Virus record (IMG/VR): IMGVR_UViG_3300037067_027684
Span: 128,001-192,000 of that record
Reading direction: 5' to 3' (one strand)
DNA: 64,000 bases
Origin: a virus
Taxonomy: Duplodnaviria; Caudoviricetes
Below the pieces are notes generated by a model. It had not been told where the DNA came from. It saw only the letters and a program-made list of their open reading frames with translations, and searched no databases. Positions 62,847 through 64,000 of the stretch are shown in pieces (position 1 is the stretch's first letter; every line of letters begins with the position of its first letter). The position numbers and the translations under genes were made by a program.

Positions 62847-63509
62847 TCACTCATTCTTTAGCTCATTCATCATGGACCTGAGGCGCTCAAATTCGTTGTC
62901 TAAGGAGGCTCGATCTTCAATCCTGCCTGTACTTGGGTTGACCCATCTTAGTGTCTGTGCTGGTGGTCTTATTTCTGGTTTGGGTGTGGTTGGTTTATTA
63001 GGTCTAAACCAGAATTTACGAAAACGCCCCATTATAGTTCCAAACCAAGTTTTTCGATAATAATCAACTTCTGTTTCTGCTCCATCAATTAGATCCCTAA
63101 CGCGGGCATCTTCTTCAGCTTCGGCTGCGGCATCCCTAACGCGAGCATCCTCTTCAGCTTCGGCTGCGGCGATAAGGGCTTGCTGACGAATCCTACGTAA
63201 ACGATCCTTAATTTCTCGATTTTCTCTGTCCCTCTGAAGTATCCTCGTCATTTGGACAGCAGCATCATCAGGTCGTGGGAGTTGAACTACGGAACATGGT
63301 GTTCTTAATTCAGTTTGATCAACAACTGCCTTCTTCGTCTCGGATTCAGCAATAATACTATCAACAGCTTTGGAGAACTTCTCCAAAACTTCTAACTGAA
63401 CAGCCTTGTTGAGATTCTCAAAACTTTTAGTGAGCTTGGTGATCTGCTTAGTTAGTTCCTCAGATGGATTCTCACCAAAATCAAGCTTCCTATCACCAAG
63501 CTCACCCAT
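62847..63509 (-). CDS. coiled-coil protein with N-terminal ELGDRKLDF tag
   Basis: GAGGT SD before MGELGDRKLDFGE. Confidence 0.7.
   Translation of the reverse strand: MGELGDRKLDFGENPSEELTKQITKLTKSFENLNKAVQLEVLEKFSKAVDSIIAESETKKAVVDQTELRTPCSVVQLPRPDDAAVQMTRILQRDRENREIKDRLRRIRQQALIAAAEAEEDARVRDAAAEAEEDARVRDLIDGAETEVDYYRKTWFGTIMGRFRKFWFRPNKPTTPKPEIRPPAQTLRWVNPSTGRIEDRASLDNEFERLRSMMNELKNE
63093..63170 (-). repeat. 39-bp in-frame tandem repeat (AAAEAEEDARVRD x2)
   Basis: Two near-identical consecutive units. Confidence 0.9.
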
Positions 63510-64000
63510 GTGAACCTCACGCGACCCGCACTCTTCCGTAGTCCACGTCTGACACAATTTCATGACTCTCTAACCTGTCTAGCTCTTGCACCAAAGCGGA
63601 AAATTCCTCACTCGTATCCTCGTTAGTAAGATACCAAGCCATATACGCATCTTGGGCTAACGATTCGACTTCACGTACGTACTCAAGCATATTAATCCAT
63701 CCTTATAACAAGGACTCGGACCGACCCACCTTTGTTCGGTGGCAATTTAGACATAACCTCCACTGATCATCTCCAAAGCCAGGATAACCATGTTCGTCCA
63801 ACACCAAAAAGCGCTTCTTCTTGATCATCTTACTGCTTCCTTTTCTGCTTCCATTTTCGACAACAGACGCTCTATTAGTTTATCCACGTTAAGATCACGC
63901 GAAAGGAATGAGTGATCACCAATACTGATTTTCAAATGATCTACCAAATACGCTTGAGCATTCTCATCCTTAGTGTCGCCCACAACCTGCTGAACCAAAT

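Noticed and set aside
1-64000. Genome-wide stop-codon reassignment
   Set aside because: TGA, TAG and TAA all terminate well-defined genes (many ATGA overlaps; def and ligA end in TGA); only isolated in-frame TGAs occur.
1-64000. CRISPR array, canonical tRNA/tmRNA, rRNA, integrase or IS
   Set aside because: No regularly spaced repeat-spacer units, no complete cloverleaf with an anticodon arm, and no transposase or integrase motifs were seen.

Overview
The window looks like a 64-kb segment of a large (jumbo-type) dsDNA bacteriophage genome. It is densely packed with short, mostly orphan genes linked by ATGA/TAATG overlaps and strong Shine-Dalgarno (SD) sites. Genes are mainly on the + strand up to ~23.1 kb and mainly on the - strand afterwards. 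Recognisable products are NAD-dependent DNA ligase, a large sigma70-like factor, a GHKL ATPase, and TraR/DksA-like, SLOG, C39-like peptidase, ubiquitin-like, BNR-repeat, DUF1257/DUF2997 and double-HNH proteins. Also present are peptide deformylase, a lipoprotein-type metacaspase, a minimal PolX, and NADAR, S1-domain, ParB-like, Mesh1-like HD hydrolase, methyltransferase and Lar-like proteins. No canonical tRNA, rRNA or CRISPR array was seen. The most striking unexplained signal is a short peptide, E-[LMI]-G-[DE]-R-x-L-x-[LIFM], at or near the N- or C-terminus of about 12 mostly unrelated proteins. It is conserved at protein level with synonymous DNA variation, and several carriers contain what look like fragments of T4-type major capsid protein. 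Other unexplained elements are three copies of a GC-rich fixed-spacing DNA element, an identical 62-bp three-way-junction element in two places, and a 135-nt tRNA-like pseudoknotted leader RNA. There is also a second N-terminal motif resembling a capsid-targeting sequence, plus several genes interrupted by a single UGA or frameshift. All family calls come from motif recognition by eye; no database search was run.
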